A stretch of DNA of 64,000 nt from Candidatus Multivorans sp. (GTDB taxonomy: Bacteria; Acidobacteriota; Thermoanaerobaculia; Multivoradales; Multivoraceae), in NCBI GenBank assembly GCA_965224025.1, contig OZ245033.1, positions 4,736,001 through 4,800,000 on the forward strand, in the 5' to 3' direction. Position numbers and translations under genes: made by a program. Of the stretch, positions 35,248-45,404 are shown one piece after another. How positions within the stretch are numbered: position 1 is the stretch's first letter; each line of letters begins with the position of its first letter. Below the pieces are notes generated by a model, which was not told the origin of the DNA, searched no databases, and saw only the letters and a program-made list of their open reading frames with translations.

Positions 35248-37460
35248 AACCGAGTCGCACGACCCGCCACGATTCGTCCGTCACCGCAGCCACGCTCGCG
35301 ATCGGGCTGGCTGCCCTGACCGTAACCGGAATCGCCACGGATCCCGCCCCGGCCCACGTCCGCATCACGACGGACATCAACTTCGCCGACGACGTGCGCC
35401 CGATCCTGCGCCGTTACTGCATGCCCTGCCACAACCCGAAGGGGTCGGCGCCGAACTACATCGACCTGACCACCTACGGCAACGACGCGAGGCCGGGCGC
35501 CCGCGCCTGGGCGGTGGCGATCGAAGAGGAACTGCTCACCGGCCGCATGCCGCCGTGGACCGCCGACGCCCGCTACGACCACTTCCGCAACTCGCGTCGC
35601 ATGAGCCAGCGCGAGATCGACATCCTGGTCGCCTGGGTTCAGGGCGGCGGTCCCCAGGGACCGCGTCGCAACCTGCCTCCGCCGCCGGAGTTCACGGAGG
35701 AGGAATGGGTGCTCGGCGTCCCCGACCTGGTGCTGGAACCTGCCGACGAGACGATCGTCGAACCGGGTCAGCAGACCGCCTCCGGCCGCGAGGTCCTCGC
35801 CGTCGAGTTCGAGCAGGACGCCTGGATCACCGGCTACGAGTTCCGGCCGCGGCACCCGGGCGTCGTCTACCGCATGGCGGCCTGGGTACACGATCCCGAG
35901 GACGCCCCGCCCGAGCAGCTCGAGGTCGAGGTCCAGGTCCCGTACGACCCGTTCCGCGACGAGGATGAACCCGAGCCGACCCGGACGCGGACCGCCACGG
36001 CCGGTCCCCAGTTCCTCGGCCAGTGGTTGCGCGGCGACGATCCCGTTCTGCTGCCGGACGGCGCCGGCAAACGGCTGCGCCGCGGCTCGACGATCGAACT
36101 CCTGGTCGAGTACCGCCGGCGGCCGAACGACGATTCGCGAACCCTCATCCGCGACCGTTCTAGCCTGGGCCTGTTCCTGGCCCAGACCGAGGACGAGGTC
36201 GAGCTGTGGGTCGAGAGCGCGCGGGCCGGCGGCAAGGTCGCGCTCAAGGGCCGCCGCGCCGCCCGGCCGCAGACCGCGAGCCTGACCCTCTCCGAGCGAG
36301 CCCGCCTGATCGGACTGCACCCCGACGTCGGCGACCGGCTCGCCAGCATGGAGGTCCGCGTCCACTTCCCGGACCAGCGCGTGCAAACGGTGCTCTACGT
36401 CCCCGAATACAACCCCGAGTTCCCGGCCTCCTACCTGTTCGAGGAACCCATTCACGCACCGCCGGGCACCCGCGTCGAGCTGGTCGGATCCTTCGACGTC
36501 GGGAAGGCGAAGGAAGCCGTGGTTCAGCCGTTCGCCCTCCACGTCGACTACGAGCTCGACGATCACCTCGTGTTGCCGGAGATCTTCGAGCCCCGCGAGC
36601 AGCCGCAGACCCGCGGCGGCATGCTGACCGGGGCGTTCGGCGGTCCCGCTACCGGCGGCGCACCCGGCAGCGCGCCGGCGGCTGGCGGGCTCGATCCCGC
36701 CGATCCGAACGCCGCCGCGCACATGGACCACAACCCGCTCCACGGCGGCCAGTTCTTCATGGCGGCGAACAACTACCACCACCTGGAGGGCGCCCTGCCC
36801 CGGCCCGGCGAGTTCCGCCTCTACGTCTACGACGACTTCAAGCAACCGGTCGATCCACGGAACTTCGGTGGCGACATCGTGTTCGAGGCGTGGAACGAAG
36901 AGACGGAGGGTTGGGACGAGACCCGCTACGCGATGGCGCCCGTCGTCGGCAGCGACTACCTCCTCTCCGAGATCCCCGAAGAACTCCCCGGCGAGTTCTT
37001 CGCCCACGTCTGGCTGGCCGGCGAGCAGCAGCGCTACGACTTCTACTTCGAAGAGACGACGGTCGAGCCCGTTGGCGGCGGCTCGCGGAGCACGGCGATC
37101 CGGGCCGGCCCGCACAGCCACGAGCGGCCGCCGATGACGATCCCGAACGATCCGGTAGCGATCATGGCGCTGATGGCCAACAAACGGGACCGCGTGCGCG
37201 CCCAGATCGAGAACGGCGAGTGGCTCACCCTCTACGTGCCCGCCTTCGACGCTCGCGACCTCGCCGAAGTGCTGCTCGACCGGCTGGCCGGCCTGAGCGC
37301 CCGGCAGCGCGGCCAGGCGCGCAAGGCCATCGGCCGGGTCATGCAGAGCGCCGCCGAACTCGACCGCAGCGGCGACCTGGCCGACCGGGCGCGGGCGCAG
37401 CGGGCGTTCGAGCGCTTCAACGGCGGCGTCCGCGAGCTGGACGACGTGATCAGTCCATAG
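35244..37460 (+). CDS. Secreted c-type heme protein with monooxygenase-like fold and His-rich C-terminal domains
   Basis: Signal peptide, CMPCH...RMPPW, W..G.PDL; HMDHNPLHGG, HHLEG, PHSH. Confidence 0.7.
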   Translation: MKPSRTTRHDSSVTAATLAIGLAALTVTGIATDPAPAHVRITTDINFADDVRPILRRYCMPCHNPKGSAPNYIDLTTYGNDARPGARAWAVAIEEELLTGRMPPWTADARYDHFRNSRRMSQREIDILVAWVQGGGPQGPRRNLPPPPEFTEEEWVLGVPDLVLEPADETIVEPGQQTASGREVLAVEFEQDAWITGYEFRPRHPGVVYRMAAWVHDPEDAPPEQLEVEVQVPYDPFRDEDEPEPTRTRTATAGPQFLGQWLRGDDPVLLPDGAGKRLRRGSTIELLVEYRRRPNDDSRTLIRDRSSLGLFLAQTEDEVELWVESARAGGKVALKGRRAARPQTASLTLSERARLIGLHPDVGDRLASMEVRVHFPDQRVQTVLYVPEYNPEFPASYLFEEPIHAPPGTRVELVGSFDVGKAKEAVVQPFALHVDYELDDHLVLPEIFEPREQPQTRGGMLTGAFGGPATGGAPGSAPAAGGLDPADPNAAAHMDHNPLHGGQFFMAANNYHHLEGALPRPGEFRLYVYDDFKQPVDPRNFGGDIVFEAWNEETEGWDETRYAMAPVVGSDYLLSEIPEELPGEFFAHVWLAGEQQRYDFYFEETTVEPVGGGSRSTAIRAGPHSHERPPMTIPNDPVAIMALMANKRDRVRAQIENGEWLTLYVPAFDARDLAEVLLDRLAGLSARQRGQARKAIGRVMQSAAELDRSGDLADRARAQRAFERFNGGVRELDDVISP

Positions 37461-37507
37461 GCCACCCACGGAGGAGGAGGTTCCCGGACTTGCGCTCACT
37501 TCCCACC

Positions 37508-39907
37508 GTGGTTGGCTCGCGATTCCTCGCTATCTCCCTGGCCGTTCTGGCCGGCTGTGCGCCTGGAGACGAACCCCGCGATGCACCGGGGCCCGTCCCG
37601 GAGGTCGAACCGGAGCGGCTACCGACCTGGGAAGACCTCGCAGGCGACATCGAAACGAGCCGCCTGAACGTCGTTCTGGTCACGATCGACACCTTGCGCG
37701 CGGACCGACTCTCCAGCTACGGCTCGGAGCAGGTTGCCACCCCCCACATGGATCGCCTCGCCCGGGAAGGGGTGCGTTTCTCGAACGCCGCCACCGCGGT
37801 GCCGTTCACCCTGCCGGCCCACACCTCGATCATGACCGGCACCTACCCGCCGTTCCACGGCGTGCGGGAAAACGTGGGCTACTCCCTCGACGAGACGCTT
37901 CCCACACTCGCCGAAGAGCTGTCCGCGGCCGGATGGGCAACGGCGGGTTTCGTCAGCGCCTTCGTCCTCGACTCGCGCTGGGGCATCGGCCGCGGTTTCG
38001 ATCGCTATCGCGACGACTTCCAGCTCGACCCGAACAAGCCGTCCATCAACGTCGGACAGGTGCAGCACGACGGGCGCGACACGATCGAGGAGGCGTTCGC
38101 CTGGCTCGACGAGCCCCGAGACGCTCCCTTCTTCCTCTGGGTCCATCTGTTCGAGCCCCACGACCCCTACACGCCGCCCGAGCCCTACCGGTCCCAGTAT
38201 CCCGAGCGGCCTTACGACGCGGAGGTGGCCTACACCGACTCTCTCGTCGGCCTGCTGCGCGAAGGCCTCGAGAATCGAGGCGCGCTCGACGAGTCGGTGT
38301 TCCTCCTCACGTCCGACCACGGCGAGGGACTCGGCCAGCACGGCGAGGGCTTCCACGGCTACTTCATCTACGACTCGACCGTCCGCGTTCCCCTCATTCT
38401 GCGCCTGCCCTTCGGAAACTTCGAAGAAGGCGTCGTCGACGAAGCGGTCAGCCACGTCGACATCCTGCCGACCGTCCTCTCGATCGTCGGCCGGGAGGTG
38501 CCGGCAGAGGCGCAGGGCATGGATCTGCTGCCCCTGATCCTGGGCCGGGAAGCGGCATCGCCGCGGGAGGTGTACACGGAGTCGTACTACTCCCTCTACC
38601 ACTACAACTGGGCGCCCCTGCGCTCGATCCGCACCGAGTCCGAGAAGTTCATCGAAACGACGAACCAGGAGCTCTATCTGCTGCGAGAGGACGCGGATGA
38701 AGCGAGCAACGTGCTGCTACAGAACCGGGATCTGGGGCGGTCTCTGCGCGACCGCCTGCTCGCCTACTCCCGCGGACTGAAGTCATCGGGCGACCGGTCC
38801 GGCGGCCGGCCCGACCTCGATACCGAGACGCTGGCGCAACTGCGGGCCCTCGGCTATCTGGCGGGCCGCGCCAGCGGTGGGGTCGACGAGGACGACGGAG
38901 TCGAGCGAACGGATCCGAAAGAGAGGATCGCGGTCCACCGGGCGATCATGGAGGCGCAGAGCTTCATCGGGCGCGGCGACGAAGAAGGAGCCGAAGAGTA
39001 CCTGCGTGCCGCCCTGGCTCTGGACGACAACATCGTCGACGCGAATCAGATGCTGGGCGGCATCGTCGGACGCCGGGCAGACGAGGCTGCGCGGCGCGGA
39101 GACGTGGCAGCTTCAGCGGAACTCAACCGCCAGACGCTCGAGCTCTACCAGCGGGCACTGGCGCTGAACCCGGAACACCAAGCGTCACTGCTCGGACTCG
39201 CCACCGGCTACTGGCGGCTCGGCCGGCTCGAGGAAGCGCTGGTGGGCTTCCATCGGCTGGTGGAACTCGCCCCGTACGAGTCGAACGCGGCGATCGCGAT
39301 GAGCGACATCTACGCTGATCTGGACCGCCTCCCCGACGCCCTCCGCGTTGTCGAAGCGGCCGCCGCCGAAGAGGTGGCGCCGGCGTGGATCCACAATCAG
39401 CACGGCGAGCTCCTGGCCCTGCTGGGCCGGAGCCGGGAGTCGTCCGTCCACTTCGAGAGAGCGATCGCCAAGAACCCGGAGATCGGTCAGCCCTACTTCA
39501 ACCTCGCGCTGACTCATGAGGAGGCCGGCCGACCGGAAGACGCCGCGGCGGCCTACGAACAGACGATCAGGCACGCGCCCTATCACTTCCGCGCCCAGTT
39601 CAACCTGGGACACGTGTACGGCCGGCTCGGGCGGCCCGAGGATCACCTGGAGATGTGGCGCGCGGCGATCCGCTCAAACCCGGAATTCGTTCTCGGCTAC
39701 TACCACCTGGCCAAGCTCCACATGGATCGCGGCGATGACCTGGACCGCGCCGAGCTGCTGGTCCGCGAGGGGTTGCGCCGCGATCCGGACGGCGCCTTCG
39801 GGCCGTTCGGCTACTTTGTCCTAGCCGACATCCTCAACCGGAAGGGACGCCTGCCCGAGGCGAGGGAAGCGGTAGAGAGCGGTCGCCGCCTGCAAGCCCG
39901 AGGCTAA
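37508..39907 (+). CDS. Sulfatase-like hydrolase with TPR repeats (lipoprotein)
   Basis: LAGC lipobox, VTIDTLRAD, TLPAHTSIMTG, EPHDPY, SDHGE, LRALGY, C-terminal TPRs. Confidence 0.9.
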   Translation: MVGSRFLAISLAVLAGCAPGDEPRDAPGPVPEVEPERLPTWEDLAGDIETSRLNVVLVTIDTLRADRLSSYGSEQVATPHMDRLAREGVRFSNAATAVPFTLPAHTSIMTGTYPPFHGVRENVGYSLDETLPTLAEELSAAGWATAGFVSAFVLDSRWGIGRGFDRYRDDFQLDPNKPSINVGQVQHDGRDTIEEAFAWLDEPRDAPFFLWVHLFEPHDPYTPPEPYRSQYPERPYDAEVAYTDSLVGLLREGLENRGALDESVFLLTSDHGEGLGQHGEGFHGYFIYDSTVRVPLILRLPFGNFEEGVVDEAVSHVDILPTVLSIVGREVPAEAQGMDLLPLILGREAASPREVYTESYYSLYHYNWAPLRSIRTESEKFIETTNQELYLLREDADEASNVLLQNRDLGRSLRDRLLAYSRGLKSSGDRSGGRPDLDTETLAQLRALGYLAGRASGGVDEDDGVERTDPKERIAVHRAIMEAQSFIGRGDEEGAEEYLRAALALDDNIVDANQMLGGIVGRRADEAARRGDVAASAELNRQTLELYQRALALNPEHQASLLGLATGYWRLGRLEEALVGFHRLVELAPYESNAAIAMSDIYADLDRLPDALRVVEAAAAEEVAPAWIHNQHGELLALLGRSRESSVHFERAIAKNPEIGQPYFNLALTHEEAGRPEDAAAAYEQTIRHAPYHFRAQFNLGHVYGRLGRPEDHLEMWRAAIRSNPEFVLGYYHLAKLHMDRGDDLDRAELLVREGLRRDPDGAFGPFGYFVLADILNRKGRLPEAREAVESGRRLQARG

Positions 39908-39911
39908 GGAG

Positions 39912-40454
39912 CTAGGCCGGCAGCTCGCCCACCAGCTCGAACCAGACCTGCACCTTGCCGTCGTGGACGAGGTACATGGCCGTGATGTTCGAGGTCGTCG
40001 GACCGTTCTCGGTCGTGAAGCTCTCCTCCCGCTCGTGGATCACGAGGTGCCCGAGCACCCGCTCCCGGGTGATCATCAGGTCGGGATCGGTCAGGCCGCC
40101 CATCAACTGCTTCATGTTCTCGAGGATCACCTCGCCGCCTTCGGTCATCGACCGCGCCCACGGCCCTTCGGCCGCGTGGGTGATGAACCGGGCGTCGTCG
40201 GCCACGACGCTGGCGAACGACTCCCAGTCGCTCGTCTCGAGCGCCTTGACGAAGTCGCGGGCCGTCTGCCGGTGCGCGACTTCCGCCTCCGTCAGACCCG
40301 CGTCGTCACCTGCCGAAGCGGACTGATCCGCCGCCTCTGCCACCCCGGCTTCCTCCGCCGCCGGGGCACAAGCCGCGGCGACGATTCCGAGCGGGGCCGC
40401 AGCCAACAGAGCGCGGCGGTCGAAGGGCAGTGGCGTCTCGGGCTTGGTCGTCAT
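39912..40454 (-). CDS. NTF2/SnoaL-like (limonene epoxide hydrolase-like) Tat lipoprotein
   Basis: DRRALL...AAAC leader; VIHEREE and VHDGKVQVW motifs. Confidence 0.65.
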   Translation of the reverse strand: MTTKPETPLPFDRRALLAAAPLGIVAAACAPAAEEAGVAEAADQSASAGDDAGLTEAEVAHRQTARDFVKALETSDWESFASVVADDARFITHAAEGPWARSMTEGGEVILENMKQLMGGLTDPDLMITRERVLGHLVIHEREESFTTENGPTTSNITAMYLVHDGKVQVWFELVGELPA

Positions 40455-40557
40455 GTCAACAGAGCTCCCTTCTCGGTCATTAAGACTAGCGCCGCCAAAC
40501 CTGTCGCAGGCTCCATGTTTGGCCCCAGCCCCCACCTCACCAGGACCTTGCCCCGCG

Positions 40558-40627
40558 GAACCCGGGTGGCGCGCTCGCGCGCCACCCGCGAACCAGTCCG
40601 TGCGCACGTCTGCGGGCGCTCGGATGG
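40558..40627 (-). repeat. Two-hairpin dispersed repeat, copy 3
   Basis: Reverse complement CCATCCGAGCGCCCGCAGACGTGCGCACGGACTGGTTCGCGGGTGGCGCG..CGCGCCACCCGGGTTC. Confidence 0.9.
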
Positions 40628-40660
40628 AACTCGCTCCGCAGCGTTCTGCGGCGCAAGCTC

Positions 40661-43480
40661 CTAGAACCCCAGACTCAATCGCAGCGCCAGCCGACGAGGC
40701 AGGTAGTAGAGGCTGGGTACGGGTTCCGTTGGATAGCGCCCCAAACTTGCGTTTGACCAGTAGTAGAAGCCATCCTCGTCCAGGGCGTTCAGGAGCTGCA
40801 GGTCGACACCGAGCTTGACGCGGTCGCCGAGCGGGAACTGCCGCGAGAGAGCGAGGTCGATGAAGGTCTTGTCCGGCATCCGGCGGTCGCCGGTGTACGG
40901 CTCGAGGGGCACAGTCACCACGCCCTGGCTCAGGCGAACGCGCGCCGCGTGCCGCCACGGGCGGCCTTGCTCATAGTTGAGGGCTCCGACCGCCTTGAGC
41001 TGCCAGGGCAGCTCGACCATTCCCTGAGCCCTGAACACCCACGGGCGGTCGCCCTGTGAGAAGCCTCCCTGGTAGAGGTGATGGTTGGGGTCCCTGCCCT
41101 CCGAGCTGGTGTAGAAAGCGACGTTCCCGTTCTGCTGGAGCGGGCGAGGCTGCACTCCCTTCGATTCCGACCAGCCGAGCGAGGAATCGAGAGACCAACG
41201 GCCGGTGTGCCGCTTGCGGAAGGTGAGAAAGACCCCTTTGTAGTCCTGCTCGAACTTCGTTCCCGGTGGGGCGTTGGCCGCCGAGCCTGGGTCGTTGGCC
41301 TTGCGTAGCGTCGGTTCTGTGACGACGCTCTTGAGCATGATCGTCTCGCCCGTCAAGGGATTGACGTAGGGAGTATCCTCGTACTCGCCGTCGCCCTGGA
41401 TCTGCCAGCCGATCAGGTCCGTCGTTTCGCTGAGGACGACCTGGGCGCCGAATGCGAACTCTCCGACCTGCTGCTCGTAGCCGACGGCGAACTGGTCGGT
41501 CTGCGGCCGCTTCATCCCCTTGACCGGCAGATCGAAGTCGTCGTTGTCGACCGTCCTGAAGTAGGTGAAGGGGCCGTGGCGGTTGGGGCTGTTGCCGAAG
41601 CGCGCGGGCGGCCGGTTGGGGTGCGGCTGGTTCCACATGGAAACGACGTTCATCTCGTGGTACCTGCCGGCGGAGGCCCGCAGCACACCTTGCCGGTCCC
41701 CCTCGCCGACCTGATAGGCGAGGCCGAGGCGCGGGTCGACGCTCGAATAGTCGATGACGTCGGGATAGTGAGGCGTGAACTCTCCGGTGGTCACGCCGCA
41801 GTTGAGTTCACTACAAAGGTAGGACTCGAGGATCGGTTCGGAGGGAATCTCGCCCTTGTCCTGGTCGGCGCGCACGCCGAGATGCAGCGTCAGCCTGTTG
41901 CTGATGCGCCACGAGTCGTCCACGTAGAACCCAAGAGACTCCGTGTCGCCGCCGTAGTAGTGCGCTGCGCGAGTGTAGATGTAGTAGTTGGCCCCGAACT
42001 TGTAGTAGTACTTGCCGCCGAAGCCGGGATAGACGGCGCCGGCCTGCTCGCCGGTATTGCTGTACTGGAAACCGAACTTGAACTCGTGGCTGCCGTTCAG
42101 GTCGTCGGCGAAGTGGGTCACCTTGGCGTGGCCGCGCTGCCACCACACGGGGTAGAGGTAGGGATACGTGGGACCGCCGCTATGGGTCGGAACAGCCGTG
42201 TTGTAGTCGATGAGGGGCGGATCCAGGCTGCCGGTCGCCGAGACGTTGCGGTCCTTGTTGATGATGTCGTAGAAGTTGGCCTCGAGCACCGTGTTGTTGC
42301 CCACCACCGACTGGAAGCCGATCCGCCAGTAGGGGATCTCCTCGTACTCGCGGCTGAAGGCCCCCGGATTCGTCTTGAAGGTCCCGGAACCGCCGGACTG
42401 GATTTCCAGGTCCTCGAACCGGCCGTGAGCCGTCAGCGTGTTCGAGTCATTGATCGACCAGTCGAGCTTCAGGCTGGTGTGCGTGGCCTTGTCGCTGCGG
42501 ACGAACTCCGCAATCTCGCCCGGCTCTATCAGCAGGTCTTCCTTGGTCGTGGCGGCGGCGAAGAAGAACAGCTTGTCCCTCTTCAGCGGCCCGCCCAACC
42601 ACAGGCTGTTGTTCTCGAAGGTGTCTCTCAGGAAGCCCTGCTCTTCCCCGGCCGCGTTCTCGGCCGTGGCTCCGGTGGCAGTCGTGTCTTCGAACTCACC
42701 GGTGTAGGCGAACCGCCCCTGGAAGGTGTTGGTTCCCGACTTGGTGACGATGTTGACCGCGGCTGAGGTCATGTTGCCATACTCGGCCGGGGCGCCGACG
42801 CCGAGCACCTGGATTTCCGCGATGGTGTCGGGATCGGTCCAGCCACCGAAGATGTTGCCGCTGTCCGGAAAGCTGCTGTCGAGTCCGTCGACGTTCCAGG
42901 CCACGGAGGCCTGATCGCGACCGTATCCCGTGGTGTGCCCCGCATACGCGCCGACGTTGCCGAGACGACCGGGCATGCTCATGCCGGGAGCCATCAGGGC
43001 GAGCTCCTGGAAGTTGCGCTGGGTTGTCGGCTTCGCGTCGATGAGTTCTTCGGAGTAGCTGACGCTGCCCGAGGAACTCGTCACGTCAAGGACCGGCGCC
43101 TCCGAGGTCACCGTGATCGCCTCCTCGACCCCTTCGACCCGCATCGTGAAGTCCACGACGGCGACGCCGGAGATCGAGACGCGGACGCCTTCCACCGTCT
43201 CGGTTTCCAGGCCGTCGAGGGTCGCGGTCAGGGTCACGGAGCCGGGCGGGAGTCCGGGGATCAGCCAATCACCGTTGACGCCCGACACGGATGTGCGTTC
43301 GCCACGCACGATGTCGCCCGTGGCCTGCACCAGCACTCCGGGCAGCGGTTCGCCGTCGGCCGACCGAACCGTGCCGCGTACGCTGCCGACGTTCTGGGCG
43401 TAGACCGCTGTCGACGCAAGGAGCGCCGGAACAACCACGGCGAAGACGGACTTCGCGGCGAAACGAGGAGACGACGTCAT
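40661..43480 (-). CDS. TonB-dependent receptor (Oar-like, N-terminal carboxypeptidase-regulatory-like domain)
   Basis: Signal peptide, G.PLPGV, EAITVT, APAEYG, NIVTKSGTN, PRLGLAY, C-terminal Phe. Confidence 0.9.
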   Translation of the reverse strand: MTSSPRFAAKSVFAVVVPALLASTAVYAQNVGSVRGTVRSADGEPLPGVLVQATGDIVRGERTSVSGVNGDWLIPGLPPGSVTLTATLDGLETETVEGVRVSISGVAVVDFTMRVEGVEEAITVTSEAPVLDVTSSSGSVSYSEELIDAKPTTQRNFQELALMAPGMSMPGRLGNVGAYAGHTTGYGRDQASVAWNVDGLDSSFPDSGNIFGGWTDPDTIAEIQVLGVGAPAEYGNMTSAAVNIVTKSGTNTFQGRFAYTGEFEDTTATGATAENAAGEEQGFLRDTFENNSLWLGGPLKRDKLFFFAAATTKEDLLIEPGEIAEFVRSDKATHTSLKLDWSINDSNTLTAHGRFEDLEIQSGGSGTFKTNPGAFSREYEEIPYWRIGFQSVVGNNTVLEANFYDIINKDRNVSATGSLDPPLIDYNTAVPTHSGGPTYPYLYPVWWQRGHAKVTHFADDLNGSHEFKFGFQYSNTGEQAGAVYPGFGGKYYYKFGANYYIYTRAAHYYGGDTESLGFYVDDSWRISNRLTLHLGVRADQDKGEIPSEPILESYLCSELNCGVTTGEFTPHYPDVIDYSSVDPRLGLAYQVGEGDRQGVLRASAGRYHEMNVVSMWNQPHPNRPPARFGNSPNRHGPFTYFRTVDNDDFDLPVKGMKRPQTDQFAVGYEQQVGEFAFGAQVVLSETTDLIGWQIQGDGEYEDTPYVNPLTGETIMLKSVVTEPTLRKANDPGSAANAPPGTKFEQDYKGVFLTFRKRHTGRWSLDSSLGWSESKGVQPRPLQQNGNVAFYTSSEGRDPNHHLYQGGFSQGDRPWVFRAQGMVELPWQLKAVGALNYEQGRPWRHAARVRLSQGVVTVPLEPYTGDRRMPDKTFIDLALSRQFPLGDRVKLGVDLQLLNALDEDGFYYWSNASLGRYPTEPVPSLYYLPRRLALRLSLGF

Positions 43481-43694
43481 ACGAACCTCCGTGGGCGCAA
43501 AATTTCCAACGCCGTCAGAGTGACAGCGTTCCGGTCAGCGGTCAAGGAACTTTTCTTAGCGAATTTGAGCGAACCTGAGAATGCTCGTATCCGCCTTGAC
43601 TTCCCCTACCTTGTCCGGCACAGTGAATCGACCAAGAGACAGTCGAGAAGGTGGCTCCGGGATGGTCGGGGCCGCCTTGTCGGAGGAGGAAGAC

Positions 43695-44213
43695 ATGGGT
43701 TTGGCGCGACTTCTCGCCTGCGGATCCGTAACGGTCACGCTCCTTGCCGCCTCGGCAGCGGCCGCCGACTCGCACGAGGTGGCGAACCCCGCCTGCAAGG
43801 CCGCTCACCACCTGGTCGGCGAATGGGAGGTCCACGCCGGCGACGGCACGCTGATGGCCGAAGTCGTGTGGGAACTGGGGTCAGAAGGCTGCTACCTGGT
43901 CGAGGAGTGGATGACCCGCATGGAGGGCATACGGGACTTCTTCTGTGTTCTCGTCTACAGCGACACGCGGGACAACTGGAGCTATCTCTCGGCCTCGGGG
44001 AAGCCCGGCGGACAGCGGATGCGCTTCGAGAACGGGAACATGGTGGACAACGAGTTCCGCTTCGAGACGGCCGATCTCGACGAGGGGACCATTGGCCGCT
44101 TCAGCTTCTTCACGCTGCCGGACGGCCGGCTGCGCGAACTCTCCGTGCTCTCCACCGACGGCGGAGAAACGTGGGAAACCGAGTACGAGCTGTTCTGGAC
44201 CCGAAAGGAATAG
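43695..44213 (+). CDS. Secreted beta-barrel hypothetical protein (DUF1579-like)
   Basis: Signal peptide, LVGEWEV, STDGGETW; GGAGGA RBS. Confidence 0.65.
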   Translation: MGLARLLACGSVTVTLLAASAAAADSHEVANPACKAAHHLVGEWEVHAGDGTLMAEVVWELGSEGCYLVEEWMTRMEGIRDFFCVLVYSDTRDNWSYLSASGKPGGQRMRFENGNMVDNEFRFETADLDEGTIGRFSFFTLPDGRLRELSVLSTDGGETWETEYELFWTRKE

Positions 44214-44215
44214 GT

Positions 44216-45397
44216 ATGAAGAGGACGTTCTTCGCGCTGGCGCTCGTCGCCTCGATAGGGCTCGCCGGCGTTCCCGCTTCGGCACAGATCGACCCGGCCT
44301 CGCTGCCGGAGCCGCTGACCACCGCGACCCTGCCGGACAAACCGGACGGCGCGCACTGGGTCTGGATCGCGTCCTTCGCGAACTACGCGCACGCGGACCT
44401 CATCGATGCCGACACCGGCACCCTTCTCGGCACGATCGAACTCGGCTACCAGGGCCTCCTGCCCCAGCTCCCCGGCTCGGGCGACGAGTTCTACAACCAC
44501 GCCGTCTACATGACGCGGGGCTACCACGGCGACCTCGTCGAGGTGGTCGAGATCTTCGATGCAAGAACACTCGAGATCAAGGGGGAAATCCCGATCGACC
44601 CGCCGAAGGCGATGCGGGGTCTGGCTAGCATCAACCTCACGACTCTGACCGACAATGACCGCTTCCTGATCCAGTCGTTCTTCACGCCCGCCCTGAGCTT
44701 CGGAGTCGTCGACCTGCAAGAACACAAGTACGTCGGCGAGATCGAGACCGGCGGCTGCGCGCACACGATGGCGGCCGGCCCCCGCCGGTTCCTGTCGCTG
44801 TGCGGCGACGGATCCGTGCTGACCGTCGACCTGGACGAGAACGGCGCGGAGAGCGGAAGAGAAACCCACCCAGGCTTCTTCGACGCCGAAGGGGATCCGC
44901 TGCACCCCACTGGCGCGAGATCAGGGGACGCGTGGTACTTCGCCTCGGTGCGCGGCGTGATGCACGCCGTCGACACGAGCGGCGGCGAGATCTCCTTCCA
45001 GGAACCCTGGACGTTTCGTGAGGAGGACGACGCCGGGGTCTGGGTGCCCGCCGCGCCGAACCAGCACATGGCCGCCCACGCCGCCTCCGGCCGCCTCTTC
45101 GTGCTGATGTCCGTGGTGCCCGATCTCGAGCGCAAGCCCGGCGGCTACGACTTCCACCGCGGCTTCGGCTTCGAGACCTGGGTGTTCGACATCGAGAGCC
45201 GTGAACGGGTCGCGCGCTACAAGATGGACAAGGCCGCGGCCGCGATCGCGGTGAGCCAGGACGACGCGCCGCTCCTCTATGCCACCACCTATAGCCACGT
45301 CGACATCTACGACGCGAACACGGGCGAGGTGACGCGCACTCTGAACCCCGACGTGGAGGTCAGGGGCGTCCTCGTCATGATTCAACCTTGGGACTGA
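44216..45397 (+). CDS. mauB: TTQ amine dehydrogenase large subunit
   Basis: Signal peptide; YMTRGYHG, EIPI.P, FFTPA.S.GVVDL, GC....GP..F.SLCGDG, IAVSQDDAPLLY; heads the mauE/D/A cluster. Confidence 0.82.
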   Translation: MKRTFFALALVASIGLAGVPASAQIDPASLPEPLTTATLPDKPDGAHWVWIASFANYAHADLIDADTGTLLGTIELGYQGLLPQLPGSGDEFYNHAVYMTRGYHGDLVEVVEIFDARTLEIKGEIPIDPPKAMRGLASINLTTLTDNDRFLIQSFFTPALSFGVVDLQEHKYVGEIETGGCAHTMAAGPRRFLSLCGDGSVLTVDLDENGAESGRETHPGFFDAEGDPLHPTGARSGDAWYFASVRGVMHAVDTSGGEISFQEPWTFREEDDAGVWVPAAPNQHMAAHAASGRLFVLMSVVPDLERKPGGYDFHRGFGFETWVFDIESRERVARYKMDKAAAAIAVSQDDAPLLYATTYSHVDIYDANTGEVTRTLNPDVEVRGVLVMIQPWD

Positions 45398-45404
45398 AAC
45401 CGCA

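Noticed and set aside
35226-37499. 757-aa minus-strand ORF and similar long ORFs (11724-13697, 21573-23558, 32004-33872, 48239-50149, 60040-61842, 62721-63959)
   Set aside because: Each is antisense to a well-supported gene
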